The position numbers were made by a program, and so were the translations under genes. From Acidimicrobiia bacterium (GTDB lineage Bacteria > Actinomycetota > Acidimicrobiia > Acidimicrobiales > CADCSY01), in contig JBFWQW010000001.1 of NCBI GenBank assembly GCA_050249235.1, forward strand, positions 18,145-82,144: DNA of 64,000 nucleotides, written 5' to 3'. Shown here in pieces: positions 40,805-49,734 of this stretch; within the stretch, counting starts at the first letter, position 1, and each line of letters starts with the position of its first letter. Under the pieces are notes generated by a model, which was not told where the DNA came from, made no database searches, and saw only the letters and a list, made by a program, of their open reading frames with translations.

Positions 40805-41674
40805 ATGGGCGCGACGGACCTGGCCTGGCTGCTCGACCTCGAGGAGATCGACACCGACCTCTACCGGAGCCCGGTGGAGCCGCTCGAGGTGCCACGGGTC
40901 CACCTCTACGGCGGCCTCGTGTGCGCGTGGGCCCTCATGGCCGGGGCCCGGACGGTGGGCCCGGACCGGGCCCCCCACTCCCTGCACGGCTACTTCCTGC
41001 GCCGGGGCAACGCCGATCGGCCGGTGATCCTGAAGGTCGACCGGGACCGCGACGGCCGCTCCTTCTCGGCCCGGCACGTCACCGCCGTCCAGGACGGCGA
41101 GGTCATCCTCTCGATGCTGGCGTCGTTCCACGTCGAGGAGGGCGGTGCCACGTTCGAGACGCCCACCCGCATGAGCGACGTGCCGCACCCCGACACGCTC
41201 GAGGGCAACCCCAACCGGCGCATGGGCTTCGCCGCCCTCGACGTCCGCAACGTGGTGCCCGAGCAGGAGGGCTGGCGCCCCCCCACCCGGCAGTGGATCC
41301 GGACCGTCGACCGGCTGCCGGACGACCCGGTCCTGCACGCCTGCGTCATCGCCTACATCAGCGATCTCGGCACCGGCTTCGGCGAGCTCGAGGTGCCGGA
41401 CCTCCCGAAGGGCGGCCCGACCATCGACCACGCCCTCTGGTTCCACGGCCACCACCGGGCCGACGAGTGGCTCTACCTCGACCAGTGGCCCATCAAGGCC
41501 ATCGGGGCGCGGGGCCTCTACATGGGTGCGATGCACACCCTCGAGGGCGAGCTGGTGGGCTCGCTCACCCAGGAGGCGCTCCTGCGCCCCGGCATGGGCC
41601 CGCCGCCGAACTGGAGGCCGGAGGACGGCTTCCCGCCGAACTGGAAGCCGGGGGACGACTTCCCGACCGCCTGA
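40805..41674 (+). CDS. tesB: acyl-CoA thioesterase II
   Basis: 289-aa ORF. TesB-like LLDLEEIDTDLYRS, HSLHGYFLRRG, DRDGRSFSARHVTAVQDG and a double hot-dog layout. Confidence 0.9.
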   Translation: MGATDLAWLLDLEEIDTDLYRSPVEPLEVPRVHLYGGLVCAWALMAGARTVGPDRAPHSLHGYFLRRGNADRPVILKVDRDRDGRSFSARHVTAVQDGEVILSMLASFHVEEGGATFETPTRMSDVPHPDTLEGNPNRRMGFAALDVRNVVPEQEGWRPPTRQWIRTVDRLPDDPVLHACVIAYISDLGTGFGELEVPDLPKGGPTIDHALWFHGHHRADEWLYLDQWPIKAIGARGLYMGAMHTLEGELVGSLTQEALLRPGMGPPPNWRPEDGFPPNWKPGDDFPTA

Positions 41675-41713
41675 CCACCCGGCCACCGGTCCGCAGGATC
41701 GGCCTGGACGCGA

Positions 41714-41739
41714 CGATGGGGGCCCGGAGGCCCCCATCG
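41714..41739. terminator. perfect 11-bp stem / 4-nt loop hairpin between convergent tesB and cspA
   Basis: CGATGGGGGCC-cgga-GGCCCCCATCG, read directly. Confidence 0.65.
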
Positions 41740-41759
41740 AACACCGTTGCCGCCGATCG

Positions 41760-41960
41760 TCAGACGACTCGGACGCCCTGCGCCTGGTCGCCCTTCGGGC
41801 CCTGGGTCACCTCGAACTCGACGTGCTGGCCCTCCTCGAGGGAGCGGTAGCCCGACCCCTCGATGGCGGTGTAGTGCACGAACAGATCGGAGCCACCCTC
41901 ACGGGAGATGAACCCGTAGCCCTTCTCGGCGTTGAACCACTTCACGGTACCGGTTGCCAC
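41760..41960 (-). CDS. cspA: cold-shock protein
   Basis: 66 aa. [18 protein letters not shown]...DLFVHYTAI (RNP1/RNP2 motifs). Confidence 0.95.
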   Translation of the reverse strand: MATGTVKWFNAEKGYGFISREGGSDLFVHYTAIEGSGYRSLEEGQHVEFEVTQGPKGDQAQGVRVV

Positions 41961-42135
41961 AACCGATCCCCCTTGCTTGCTGTTGGGGAACGGCCATGAT
42001 GCGCGGTCCCGCTTGACGGCAGAACGGTACCACCGGCCCCTGCGGCCGGGTCCAGTGTCGACGGGTCGTCACGGTGTGTCGAACGACCACGCCAGTTGGC
42101 GGTGCCGACCACCGTCGCCCTGCTTCAATCGAACG

Positions 42136-42912
42136 GTGGACACGGTCTTCGACAAGGAGACCGCCGTCGAGCACCTCGGCGGCGGTCGTTACGCCGCCAG
42201 CGCATCCGAGCGCTGGGGCGCCTACGTCGGGCCGAACGGCGGCTACCTCGCGGCGGTGTTCCTGAACGCCTTCGCCGACATGGTCCACGACCCCGCTCGC
42301 CGGGTGCGCTCCATCTCGTTGCAGTACCTCGAGCCGCCGGCCTTCGGCGCCTTCGAGGTCCACGTCAACGTCGAGCGGGCCGGCCGGTCGATGACCTCGC
42401 TGTCCGGCCGGCTCGTGCAGGGCGGCCGGGCCAAGGCGCTCGCCATCGCCGCCTTCTCGGGCGACCGGGCCAGCCCGTCGTTCCACGACGCCGTCATGCC
42501 CGTCGTGCCCCCGCCGCCGACCGGTGCCGTGCGGGGCGACGCCCGGCTCGAGATCACCCAGGTGCTCGGGTCGGTGCCGCAGAGCGGCGGTCCGGCCGAC
42601 TTCGGGGCGTGGATCCGCCTCGACGAGCCCAGGCCGCTCGACCCACTGCTGGCGGCGGTCTACGTCGACGGATGGTTCCCGGCCATGTCGCTCCGGGTGG
42701 CCCGCCCGGTGGCGGCCCCGACCGTGGACCTCACGATCCACTTCCGCCAGCACCTCCCGCCGGCGGGGATCCCGCCGGAGAGCCGTTACTTCCTCCGCCT
42801 CACCTCCCGGGTGGCCCAGGAAGGCTTCGTCGAGGAGGACGCCGAGCTGTGGTCGCCGGACGGGACGCTGCTCGTGCAGTCCCGCCAGCTCGAGGTCGTG
42901 CTCCGGGCCTGA
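42136..42912 (+). CDS. thioesterase family protein (TesB-like / 4HBT_3 type)
   Basis: GVGTG-free start at GTG 42136 (VDTVFDKETAVEHLGGGRY...) inside the 326-aa ORF. Hot-dog-fold thioesterase pattern GPNGGYLAAV...SISLQYL...DLTIHF. Confidence 0.75.
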   Translation: MDTVFDKETAVEHLGGGRYAASASERWGAYVGPNGGYLAAVFLNAFADMVHDPARRVRSISLQYLEPPAFGAFEVHVNVERAGRSMTSLSGRLVQGGRAKALAIAAFSGDRASPSFHDAVMPVVPPPPTGAVRGDARLEITQVLGSVPQSGGPADFGAWIRLDEPRPLDPLLAAVYVDGWFPAMSLRVARPVAAPTVDLTIHFRQHLPPAGIPPESRYFLRLTSRVAQEGFVEEDAELWSPDGTLLVQSRQLEVVLRA

Positions 42913-42980
42913 TGCCGCTCGGTGGCGGCCGGCCGCCAGGCCATCGGGCAGACTCGGCGGGTGCCGAGGAGCGTCCCCCC

Positions 42981-44237
42981 ATGTCTGCCGCTCCCGGGTC
43001 CCGGCAGGGGCGCGTCGCCCGGGCCGGTCGCCGCTGGCGGGGCCTGCTCGGCGCCGACCGGGCCGCCGTCCGCCAGGCGCTCGTCGCCCTCGTCCTGAAC
43101 AGCTCCACCAGCCTGGTGGCGGGCGCGGTCCTCGGCGCCATCACCGGCACGTTCGAGGAGCACCCCGGCCTGCTCGTGCTGGTGCCCGCCGCCATCGGCC
43201 TGCGGGGCAACATCTTCTCGGCCGTCGGCACCCGCCTGTCGACGGCCATCCACGCCGGCACCTTCCGCTTCTCCAGCCGTCGCGACACGGTGCTGGGCCA
43301 GAACGTGAGCGCCGCCGTGGTCCTCACGCTCGGCCTGTCGCTGCTGCTGGCCGTCATCGCCAAGGTCATCGCCGTCGTCCTCGGGATCGAGGGCTCGGTC
43401 TCGATCGGCGACCTCGCCGTGGTGTCCGTGCTCGGCGGGGCGCTGGCCAGCGGCCCGGTGCTGGCCGCCACCATCGGGGTGGCCGGGGGCGCCGTCCGCT
43501 ACGACTGGGACCTCGACAACGTGAGCGCGCCGCTCGTCTCGACGCTGGGCGACGTGCTCACGCTGCCGGCCCTGTGGCTGGCGACCTCGCTCATCGGCGT
43601 CCGCGTGCTCACGCCGACCTTGGCGGTGGTGGTGGCGGTCGTGGGCGGCGTGGCCATGGTCGTGGGCCTGCGCTCGCCGCTCGACGACCTCCGGCGGATC
43701 GTGCGCGAGTCGGTACCCGTGCTCGCGGTCGCCTGTGCCGTGAGCGCCATGGCCGGGGTGGCGGTCGAGAAGCAGCTCGACGTGTTCGCCACCTACCCCG
43801 CGCTGCTGGTCGTGCTCCCGGCCTTCCTCTCCTCGGCCGGCGCGCTCGGCGGGGTGCTGTCGAGCCGGCTGGGCAGCAAGCTCCACCTCGGCCTCGTGCC
43901 CCCGCAGGGGGTGCCGTCGCGTGAGGCCCGGCGCGAGATCGCCCTCGTCGCCCTCCTGGCCGCCCCGGTGTTCGTGTTCAACGCCGCGGGGGCCCACCTC
44001 GTGGCCGGGGCCCTCGGCCAGGCCAGCCCGGGCCTGGTCCGGATGCTCGAGGTCACCGTCGGTGGCGGGGTCCTGGCCCTCGCCTTCGTCCTCGTGGTCG
44101 CCTACTACGGCACCGTCGCCGCCTTCCGCGTGGGCGTCGACCCTGACACCTACGGCATCCCGATCGTCACCTCGACCGTCGACTTCCTGGGGGCCTTCGC
44201 GCTGGTGCTGGTCGTCACCGCCCTCGGGCTCGGATGA
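42981..44237 (+). CDS. MgtE-like divalent-cation transporter made of two tandem MgtE membrane domains (no N-terminal MgtE_N/CBS region)
   Basis: ATG 42981 after GAGGAG. Internal duplication visible: LVLVPAAIGLRGNIFSAVGTRLST vs LLVVLPAFLSSAGALGGVLSSRLGS, and DNVSAPLVSTLGDV vs DTYGIPIVTSTVDF. Confidence 0.8.
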   Translation: MSAAPGSRQGRVARAGRRWRGLLGADRAAVRQALVALVLNSSTSLVAGAVLGAITGTFEEHPGLLVLVPAAIGLRGNIFSAVGTRLSTAIHAGTFRFSSRRDTVLGQNVSAAVVLTLGLSLLLAVIAKVIAVVLGIEGSVSIGDLAVVSVLGGALASGPVLAATIGVAGGAVRYDWDLDNVSAPLVSTLGDVLTLPALWLATSLIGVRVLTPTLAVVVAVVGGVAMVVGLRSPLDDLRRIVRESVPVLAVACAVSAMAGVAVEKQLDVFATYPALLVVLPAFLSSAGALGGVLSSRLGSKLHLGLVPPQGVPSREARREIALVALLAAPVFVFNAAGAHLVAGALGQASPGLVRMLEVTVGGGVLALAFVLVVAYYGTVAAFRVGVDPDTYGIPIVTSTVDFLGAFALVLVVTALGLG

Positions 44238-45496
44238 CCGGGCGTACGCTGAGCGCTGCTGTGGAGGAACGACCGCGCAACCTGAGGACCATGCTCTCGG
44301 AAGCGAAGGACACCTCCGAGCTGATGGTCGACCTGGCCTACGCCGCCGTGTACTTCGGCGATCTCCAGATGGCCGAGGAGGTCGACGAGCTCGAGGACCG
44401 GCTCAACGACCTCGTGCACGACATGCGGGCGGTGTGCGTGATGGCGGCCCGGGCGCCGAAGGAGGCCGACGCCATGGCGTCCGTCCTCCAGGTCGTCTCG
44501 TCCATCGAGCGGATCGGCAACGCCGCCGTCGACATCGCCCGGATCGTCGTCCACCGCCTCGGCATCCCCCGTGAGCTGGTGGCCGACCTGTCCGACGCCG
44601 AGGAGGTGGCCCACCGGGTCCTGCTCCGGGAGGGCTCGCACTTCGCCCACCGGCCGCTGCGCGACTTCGAGCTCCCCGTGGCCGTGGGCATGCGGGTCGT
44701 CGCCATCCACCGGGGCCGCGACTGGATCACCGATGTGCGGGGCGACGAGGTGCTCGTGCCCGGCGACATCCTGTTCCTGCACGGGTCGCCGTCGGGCATC
44801 CCCCGGCTCCGCCAGCTGGCCGGAGCCGACCTGTGGTCGCCGCCGGAGGCGCCGGAGGAACCGGTCGTCACCGACCTCGGCCGGGCCATCGACGTGCTCG
44901 TCGAGATGAAGAACATCTCGATGACCTGCGTCGGTCTGGCCTGGTCGGCCCTGGTGCTGCGCGACCAGGGCCTGGCCGCGGAGGTCAGCCACCTCGAGGA
45001 CCGCCTCGACGAGATGAAGGAGCGGCTGGAGAGCTGGGTGCTGCGGGCCGCCTCGGCCGCGGCCGCCGACCCCACGCCCCTGCGCGGCCTCCTGCACCTG
45101 GCCGAGGCCTCGGAGGACCTCGGCGACGCCGCCCAGCAGATGGTGTGGCTGGTCGAGCGCCAGGAGGAGGTCCACCCGATCCTGTCGATCGCCCTCGGCG
45201 ACGCCGACGAGGTGGTCATGCGCATGCCGGTCGGGGAGGGGAGCCGGGTCGACGGCGCGTCGCTGGCCGAGCTCCGCCTCGACATCGACCCCGGATTCCA
45301 CGTGCTCGCCGTCCGGCGGGGCGGCCGGTACCTGTACCGGCCCCGGGGCACGCAGCGCCTGGTGGCCGGCGACGAGCTCATCGCCTCGGGACCGAGCGAG
45401 GGCGAGTCCCTGCTGGCAACGCTGTGCGGCTGGGTGCTGGTGGAGGACGACGAGACCGGCGAGGACCGGCTCGAGCCCGTGCCGACCACCGCCTGA
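44234..45496 (+). CDS. PhoU-like / TrkA-C (RCK_C) repeat protein, partner of the MgtE-like transporter
   Basis: ATG overlaps the upstream stop (ATGA). There are two repeats, each with a PhoU-like helical segment (AEEVDELEDRLNDL / AAEVSHLEDRLDEM) followed by an RCK_C-like beta segment (GMRVVAIHRG..VLVPGDILFLHG / GFHVLAVRRG..LVAGDELIASG). Confidence 0.8.
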   Translation: MTGRTLSAAVEERPRNLRTMLSEAKDTSELMVDLAYAAVYFGDLQMAEEVDELEDRLNDLVHDMRAVCVMAARAPKEADAMASVLQVVSSIERIGNAAVDIARIVVHRLGIPRELVADLSDAEEVAHRVLLREGSHFAHRPLRDFELPVAVGMRVVAIHRGRDWITDVRGDEVLVPGDILFLHGSPSGIPRLRQLAGADLWSPPEAPEEPVVTDLGRAIDVLVEMKNISMTCVGLAWSALVLRDQGLAAEVSHLEDRLDEMKERLESWVLRAASAAAADPTPLRGLLHLAEASEDLGDAAQQMVWLVERQEEVHPILSIALGDADEVVMRMPVGEGSRVDGASLAELRLDIDPGFHVLAVRRGGRYLYRPRGTQRLVAGDELIASGPSEGESLLATLCGWVLVEDDETGEDRLEPVPTTA

Positions 45497-45559
45497 CGGG
45501 GCGGTCCCGACCGGGTGTCGGGGGTCGGGGGAGCCGGACCGGCCGGTAGCGTCGGCGCC

Positions 45560-46441
45560 ATGCCGGACGAGCGACTCTGCCTGCTGACGGTCCACGCCCA
45601 CCCCGACGACGAGGCGTCGAAGGGAGCGGGGACGGTGGCCCGGGCCCGTGCCGAGGGCATCAAGACCGTGCTGGTGTGCTGCACCGGGGGCGAGGAGGGC
45701 GAGATCCTCAACCCGGCCATGGAGAGCGACGAGGTCCGGGCCCGGCTCCACGAGGTCCGCATGGAGGAGCTGGCCGAATCCGTCCGGATCATCGGCTACG
45801 AGGAGCTGGTGCTCCTCGGCTACCGCGACTCGGGGATGCCCGAGTCCGAGGCCAACGCCGACCCGCGGTCGTTCGCCCAGGCCCCCCTCGACGAGGCCGT
45901 CGGCCGCCTGGTCGCCGTCATCCGCCAGCACCGGCCCCACGTCGTGGTCACCTACGACGAGGAGCAGAGTCGCTACCCGCACCCTGACCACCTGCGCGTC
46001 CACGAGATCAGCGTCCTCGCCTTCGACGCCGCCGGCGACCCGGAGCGATACACCGACCTGGGCGAGGCCTGGCAGCCGCTGAAGCTGTACTACACGGCCT
46101 GGTCGTGGCGCCGCTCGCTGGCCATGCACGAGCGCATGCTCGAGCTCGGCCTCGAGTCGCCGATGTCCGAGGAGCGGCTGGGCTGGATGCGGGAGGCGGG
46201 GGCGGACGACCGCACCACGACGTCCGTCCCGATCGACGGCTACGTCAACGTGGGTCGCCAGGCGCTGCTGGCCCACCGCACCCAGGTCGACCCCAACAGC
46301 GGGTTCTGGTTCGGGCTGCCTCCCGACGAGCAGGAGCGCATCCATCCCTTCGAGGAGTACGTGCTGGCCCGCTCGCTCGTCGACACCGAGCTCCCGGAGG
46401 ACGACCTGTTCGCCGGCATCCGGGCCACGGCCTCGCGCTGA
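45560..46441 (+). CDS. mca: mycothiol S-conjugate amidase (Mca; an MshB-family deacetylase is possible)
   Basis: ATG 45560 lies 7 nt after TAGCGT (45547-45552). LLTVHAHPDDE, YPHPDHLRVHE and a long Mca-like C-terminal region. Confidence 0.8.
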   Translation: MPDERLCLLTVHAHPDDEASKGAGTVARARAEGIKTVLVCCTGGEEGEILNPAMESDEVRARLHEVRMEELAESVRIIGYEELVLLGYRDSGMPESEANADPRSFAQAPLDEAVGRLVAVIRQHRPHVVVTYDEEQSRYPHPDHLRVHEISVLAFDAAGDPERYTDLGEAWQPLKLYYTAWSWRRSLAMHERMLELGLESPMSEERLGWMREAGADDRTTTSVPIDGYVNVGRQALLAHRTQVDPNSGFWFGLPPDEQERIHPFEEYVLARSLVDTELPEDDLFAGIRATASR

Positions 46442-46461
46442 GCCGGCTTCCGACGCCGCCC

Positions 46462-46869
46462 GTGGCCCCCGTCGAGCTCTTCGGCGAGGCATGGTGCGCC
46501 GCCGCCTCGGCCCTCGGGCCCGTGACGTTCGACGCCCGGCCGACCGGGTTCTCGGTGCAGGTGATCGTGACCGGCTCGCCGAGCGGTGACACCCGGCTGG
46601 TGGCCACCGTCGATGACGCCGGCGGGCTCTCCGTCGGCCCCGCCGACGGCGGCCCGGCCCCGGACCTGGTGGTGACGGTGCCGCGGGCCGAGGCCGCCGC
46701 CCTCCTCGCCGGTCGGCTCCGGCTCGACACCGCCTACATGCAGGGACGGGTGAAGGTGGCCGGCGACCACGCCCTCGTGCTGCGGGTCCTCGCCGCCAGC
46801 GCCGGTCAGGGCTGGGCTGCCGGGCTGGCCCGGCTGGCGGCGGTGACTGCCTTCCCCGAGCCGGTCTGA
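46462..46869 (+). CDS. SCP2 sterol-binding-domain-like protein
   Basis: GTG 46462 in the frame of the 254-aa ORF. The C-terminal pattern LLAGRLRLDTAYMQGRVKVAGDHALVLRV is SCP2-like. Confidence 0.65.
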   Translation: MAPVELFGEAWCAAASALGPVTFDARPTGFSVQVIVTGSPSGDTRLVATVDDAGGLSVGPADGGPAPDLVVTVPRAEAAALLAGRLRLDTAYMQGRVKVAGDHALVLRVLAASAGQGWAAGLARLAAVTAFPEPV

Positions 46870-46882
46870 GCCGCGCCCGCGG

Positions 46883-47725
46883 TCAGGCGCCGGCCCGCTG
46901 GAGGTCGCGCAGGGCCCGGTAGCCGATGAGGGTGGCCCCGCTGGCGGCCACCTGGGCCCGCACCTTGGGGTCGTCGACGAGGAGCCGGCGGTCGCCGACC
47001 CGGCTCTCCCAGTCCGGGGCGGCGGCCCGGAGCTCGGGGGTGTCGGCCGCCGGGTGCAGGCAGAGCTCGGTGACGCCCGGGGCCAGGGTGGCGAGGACGC
47101 GGTCGAGCGCGGGCGCCAGCCCGCCGCTGCCTGGGTTCACCACCTGGTCGGGCGAGACGACCCCCTCCTCGGCGGCCAGCCGGCGGAAGGGGAAGCCGAT
47201 GGTCCGCTCGGCGGCGGCATCGGGCAGGCGCAGCGGGAGGCCGAACTCGACCGCCAGCTCGAGGGCGATGTCGAAGAACTCCGGCCGGCGGGGGAGGGCG
47301 TCGAGGTACGAGCTCAGGTGGCTGACGTCGAAGCCCCAGAGGATGGCCCGCTCGACCTGGGTGCGGCACTCCCGGCGGACCTCGTCGAGGTCGGCGTGGT
47401 CCCAGAGCTCCGGCACGGTCCGGGGGAAGCCGCCGTCGCCGTCGAGCAGCGACGGGGACCGGGTGGTGGGCCCCCAGCGCAGGATCTCCCACTCGCTGTT
47501 CAGGGTGAGCTGCACGCCGAGGTCCTCGCCCCGGTAGCGGGCGGCGGCGTCGCGGGCCCAGGGACCCGGCACGAGGAGCGACGCCACGGTCGCCCAGCCG
47601 GCGGCGCCGACGGCCTCGAAGCTGGCCAGGTTGGCGGCATGGCAGGAGCCCACGTCGTCGCAGGTCACGATGAGCAGGCGATCGTCTTCCCGGTGGCCGA
47701 GGCGTTCGGCCAGTGACGGCGGCAC
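46883..47725 (-). CDS. ChbG/HpnK (YdjC) family carbohydrate deacetylase
   Basis: 280-aa ORF. LLIVTCDDVGSCHAAN and LCLHPA resemble YdjC-family motifs. Confidence 0.75.
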   Translation of the reverse strand: MPPSLAERLGHREDDRLLIVTCDDVGSCHAANLASFEAVGAAGWATVASLLVPGPWARDAAARYRGEDLGVQLTLNSEWEILRWGPTTRSPSLLDGDGGFPRTVPELWDHADLDEVRRECRTQVERAILWGFDVSHLSSYLDALPRRPEFFDIALELAVEFGLPLRLPDAAAERTIGFPFRRLAAEEGVVSPDQVVNPGSGGLAPALDRVLATLAPGVTELCLHPAADTPELRAAAPDWESRVGDRRLLVDDPKVRAQVAASGATLIGYRALRDLQRAGA

Positions 47726-47734
47726 GGCCCGACG

Positions 47735-48262
47735 CTACCGGCCGCCTTGCGCGGGGCAGCTCCCCCACAGGCCCGACCTGGCCGACCTGGCCGACCGGGC
47801 GGCGGCGGCCAGCTCGGCGGCGTGGGCGCTGTTCGGCGCGATCGTGAGCGTGTCGGCGTAGCCCTCGACCACGAGCGTGAGGTTCACGTGGACGCCGTCG
47901 GCCACCCGGTAGACGTGGGCGAGGAGACGGCCGTAGCGGTCGCGGGCCTCGACGTCGCGCTCCAGCCGGACCCGGGTGCCGGCCGGGAGCAGGGCGGCCG
48001 TGCGGGCCGCGGCCTCCTTGCCGTAGCACTCGACCGGGCGGCGGGGATCGACGCTCTCGGGCGCGTCGATCCCGAGGAGGCGGACCCGCTCGTCACCGCC
48101 CGCCACGAGGACGTCGACGGTGTCACCGTCGACGGTGCGGGTGACGGTGGCTTCGCCGGGCGGCAGCCGGTCGGCCCGGTCGGCTCGGAGGGTGGCGAGC
48201 CCGAGGATGGCGACCGCCACCACGGCGAGCCCCGCGACCAGGCGCCGCCGGCCGCGGCTCAC
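47735..48262 (-). CDS. thermonuclease (SNase) family protein with N-terminal membrane anchor
   Basis: GTG 48262 (VSRGRRRLVAGLAVVAVAILG...). SNase motifs VDGDTVDV, VRLLGIDAPE, RDRYGRLLAHV and LVVEGYA. Confidence 0.8.
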   Translation of the reverse strand: MSRGRRRLVAGLAVVAVAILGLATLRADRADRLPPGEATVTRTVDGDTVDVLVAGGDERVRLLGIDAPESVDPRRPVECYGKEAAARTAALLPAGTRVRLERDVEARDRYGRLLAHVYRVADGVHVNLTLVVEGYADTLTIAPNSAHAAELAAAARSARSARSGLWGSCPAQGGR

Positions 48263-48267
48263 GGTGC

Positions 48268-48492
48268 TCAGGCGGCGTGACTGCGGGAGGGGTCGACGGG
48301 GGCGGGCCGCCCCGAGCGGGCCCGGCGCAGCGCGTCCCGGGCCTCGGCGACGCCCCGGAGGCCGATCTGGCGGGTCCGCTCGTCGAGCTGCCAGCCCGGC
48401 TCGGGGAGCAGCGAGAGCTGTGACCGGGAGGGGCGGGTGCCGGCCCGACCGCGGTGGGGCGACGACGGGTGGGACGAGCGCGGGGCGGACAT
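48268..48492 (-). CDS. hypothetical small basic protein (74 aa)
   Basis: ATG 48492. ...SQLSLLPEPGWQLDERTRQIGLRGVAEARDALRRA.... Directly upstream of, and co-oriented with, the thermonuclease gene (5-bp gap). Confidence 0.45.
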   Translation of the reverse strand: MSAPRSSHPSSPHRGRAGTRPSRSQLSLLPEPGWQLDERTRQIGLRGVAEARDALRRARSGRPAPVDPSRSHAA

Positions 48493-48551
48493 GGCATCGA
48501 CCTCCAACGATCGGGGGGCAGGGTGGATTCCCACGGGCACGGTCGTACCCA

Positions 48552-48737
48552 TCAGGCGGCCTGGGGCACGTGCCAGGCCTCGCCGGTGCAGGCGCAGCCG
48601 ACCTCGTGGCAGGCCACGACGTGTTCGTGGCGGAGCTCGTCGGCACCGCAGACGGGCTGGTGCTCGCATTCGTCGGTGCCGTCGGCGTGCAGGATCAGGG
48701 TGCCCCGGCAGGTGTGCGCATCGCTCGTGAACCGCAT
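48552..48737 (-). CDS. hypothetical Cys/His-rich small protein (61 aa)
   Basis: ATG 48737. MRFTSDAHTCRGTLILHADGTDECEHQPVCGADELRHEHVVACHEVGCACTGEAWHVPQAA has 6 Cys and 7 His with non-shadow-like composition. Confidence 0.45.
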   Translation of the reverse strand: MRFTSDAHTCRGTLILHADGTDECEHQPVCGADELRHEHVVACHEVGCACTGEAWHVPQAA

Positions 48738-48914
48738 GTCCGCAGTATGCGGACGGGGTGTGACAGCGAGATCGGCCGGGCGGACCGGCCCCGTCCATCC
48801 GTGACGGCTCGATGAACTCCCACGCCGGCGATCACGGTGACGTTTGGCGGAGCCGGCCCGCCGGTACACTGCGCCGAGCGGTCGACCGAACGGCCGGACC
48901 AGGATGGAGCGCAG

Positions 48915-49082
48915 ATGACCGAGACGACCGAGCCGGCGATCATCACCGAGGCGCTCGCGGTGATCGACAAGGGCCTGGCCGAGCTGCTCCACCGTGAGCT
49001 CGTCTCCACCAACGAGGTCGCCGACCTGCTCCTCGACGTCCGCATGCTGCTCGCCGCCAGCGAGGCCGCCGCCGTCAACTGA
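48915..49082 (+). CDS. hypothetical small helical protein (55 aa)
   Basis: ATG 48915 after AGGATGGAG. MTETTEPAIITEALAVIDKGLAELLHRELVSTNEVADLLLDVRMLLAASEAAAVN. Confidence 0.45.
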   Translation: MTETTEPAIITEALAVIDKGLAELLHRELVSTNEVADLLLDVRMLLAASEAAAVN

Positions 49083-49149
49083 TCCGCCGTCGGCGATGAC
49101 CCTCGACTGATCGCCGGTCCGGCCGCCCCTCCGGGTGGGTGACCGTGCG

Positions 49150-49734
49150 TCAGCGGCTGATGGCGGTGTGCTTGAACTCGTTGAGCGCCGGCCAGCCCTC
49201 GAGCATCGCGACGAGGCGCTCGACCGTCTCCACCGGCCCCAGCTCGGCCTGCTCGGGCCGGTCCATGAGCCGCACGAAGGCGGCCTGGTCGTCGACGATG
49301 AAGGTCGGCACCCCCCAGCACTGATGGTCGGCCACGGCCGCCTCGTGCTCACGACGCACCGTCTCGGCGGCCTCGCCCCGGTTGACGGCGGCCCGGGCGG
49401 CGTCGATGTCGACGCCCGCCTCCAGCAGCGTCGACGCCAGGATCTCCGGGTCGCGCTGGTTGAGGCCACGGTCGTGGCGGATGGCGAAGAGGGCCCGGTG
49501 GGCGGCCAGGAACCGGTCGGGCTGGCCGTCCCGCACCGCCACGGAGAGCTGCAGGGCGAGCAGGCCGGAGTCGTCGGCGACCGACCAGTCCGGCTCCTTG
49601 AGCTGGCTCAGCGAGAGCGGCAGGAACCGCACGTCCCAGTCGGCCCCCTGCTCGAGCCCGTCGAGGAGGTGCTCGTGGGCGTTGCGGGCGAAGGGGCAGC
49701 GGTAGTCGTAGGTGACGGCGAACCGGAGGGTCAC
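49150..49734 (-). CDS. DsbA-family (thioredoxin-fold) oxidoreductase-like protein
   Basis: GTG 49734 (VTLRFAVTYDYRCPFARNAHEHL...). DsbA-like layout, but with a single Cys (CPFA) where CxxC is expected, and WGVPTFIV near the C-terminus. Confidence 0.75.
   Translation of the reverse strand: MTLRFAVTYDYRCPFARNAHEHLLDGLEQGADWDVRFLPLSLSQLKEPDWSVADDSGLLALQLSVAVRDGQPDRFLAAHRALFAIRHDRGLNQRDPEILASTLLEAGVDIDAARAAVNRGEAAETVRREHEAAVADHQCWGVPTFIVDDQAAFVRLMDRPEQAELGPVETVERLVAMLEGWPALNEFKHTAISR

Noticed and set aside
41741-41756. LexA-box-like TCGAACACCGTTGCCG next to the tesB/cspA terminator
   Set aside because: The second half-site is TTGC rather than GTTC at the required spacing, and the site lies between convergent gene ends.
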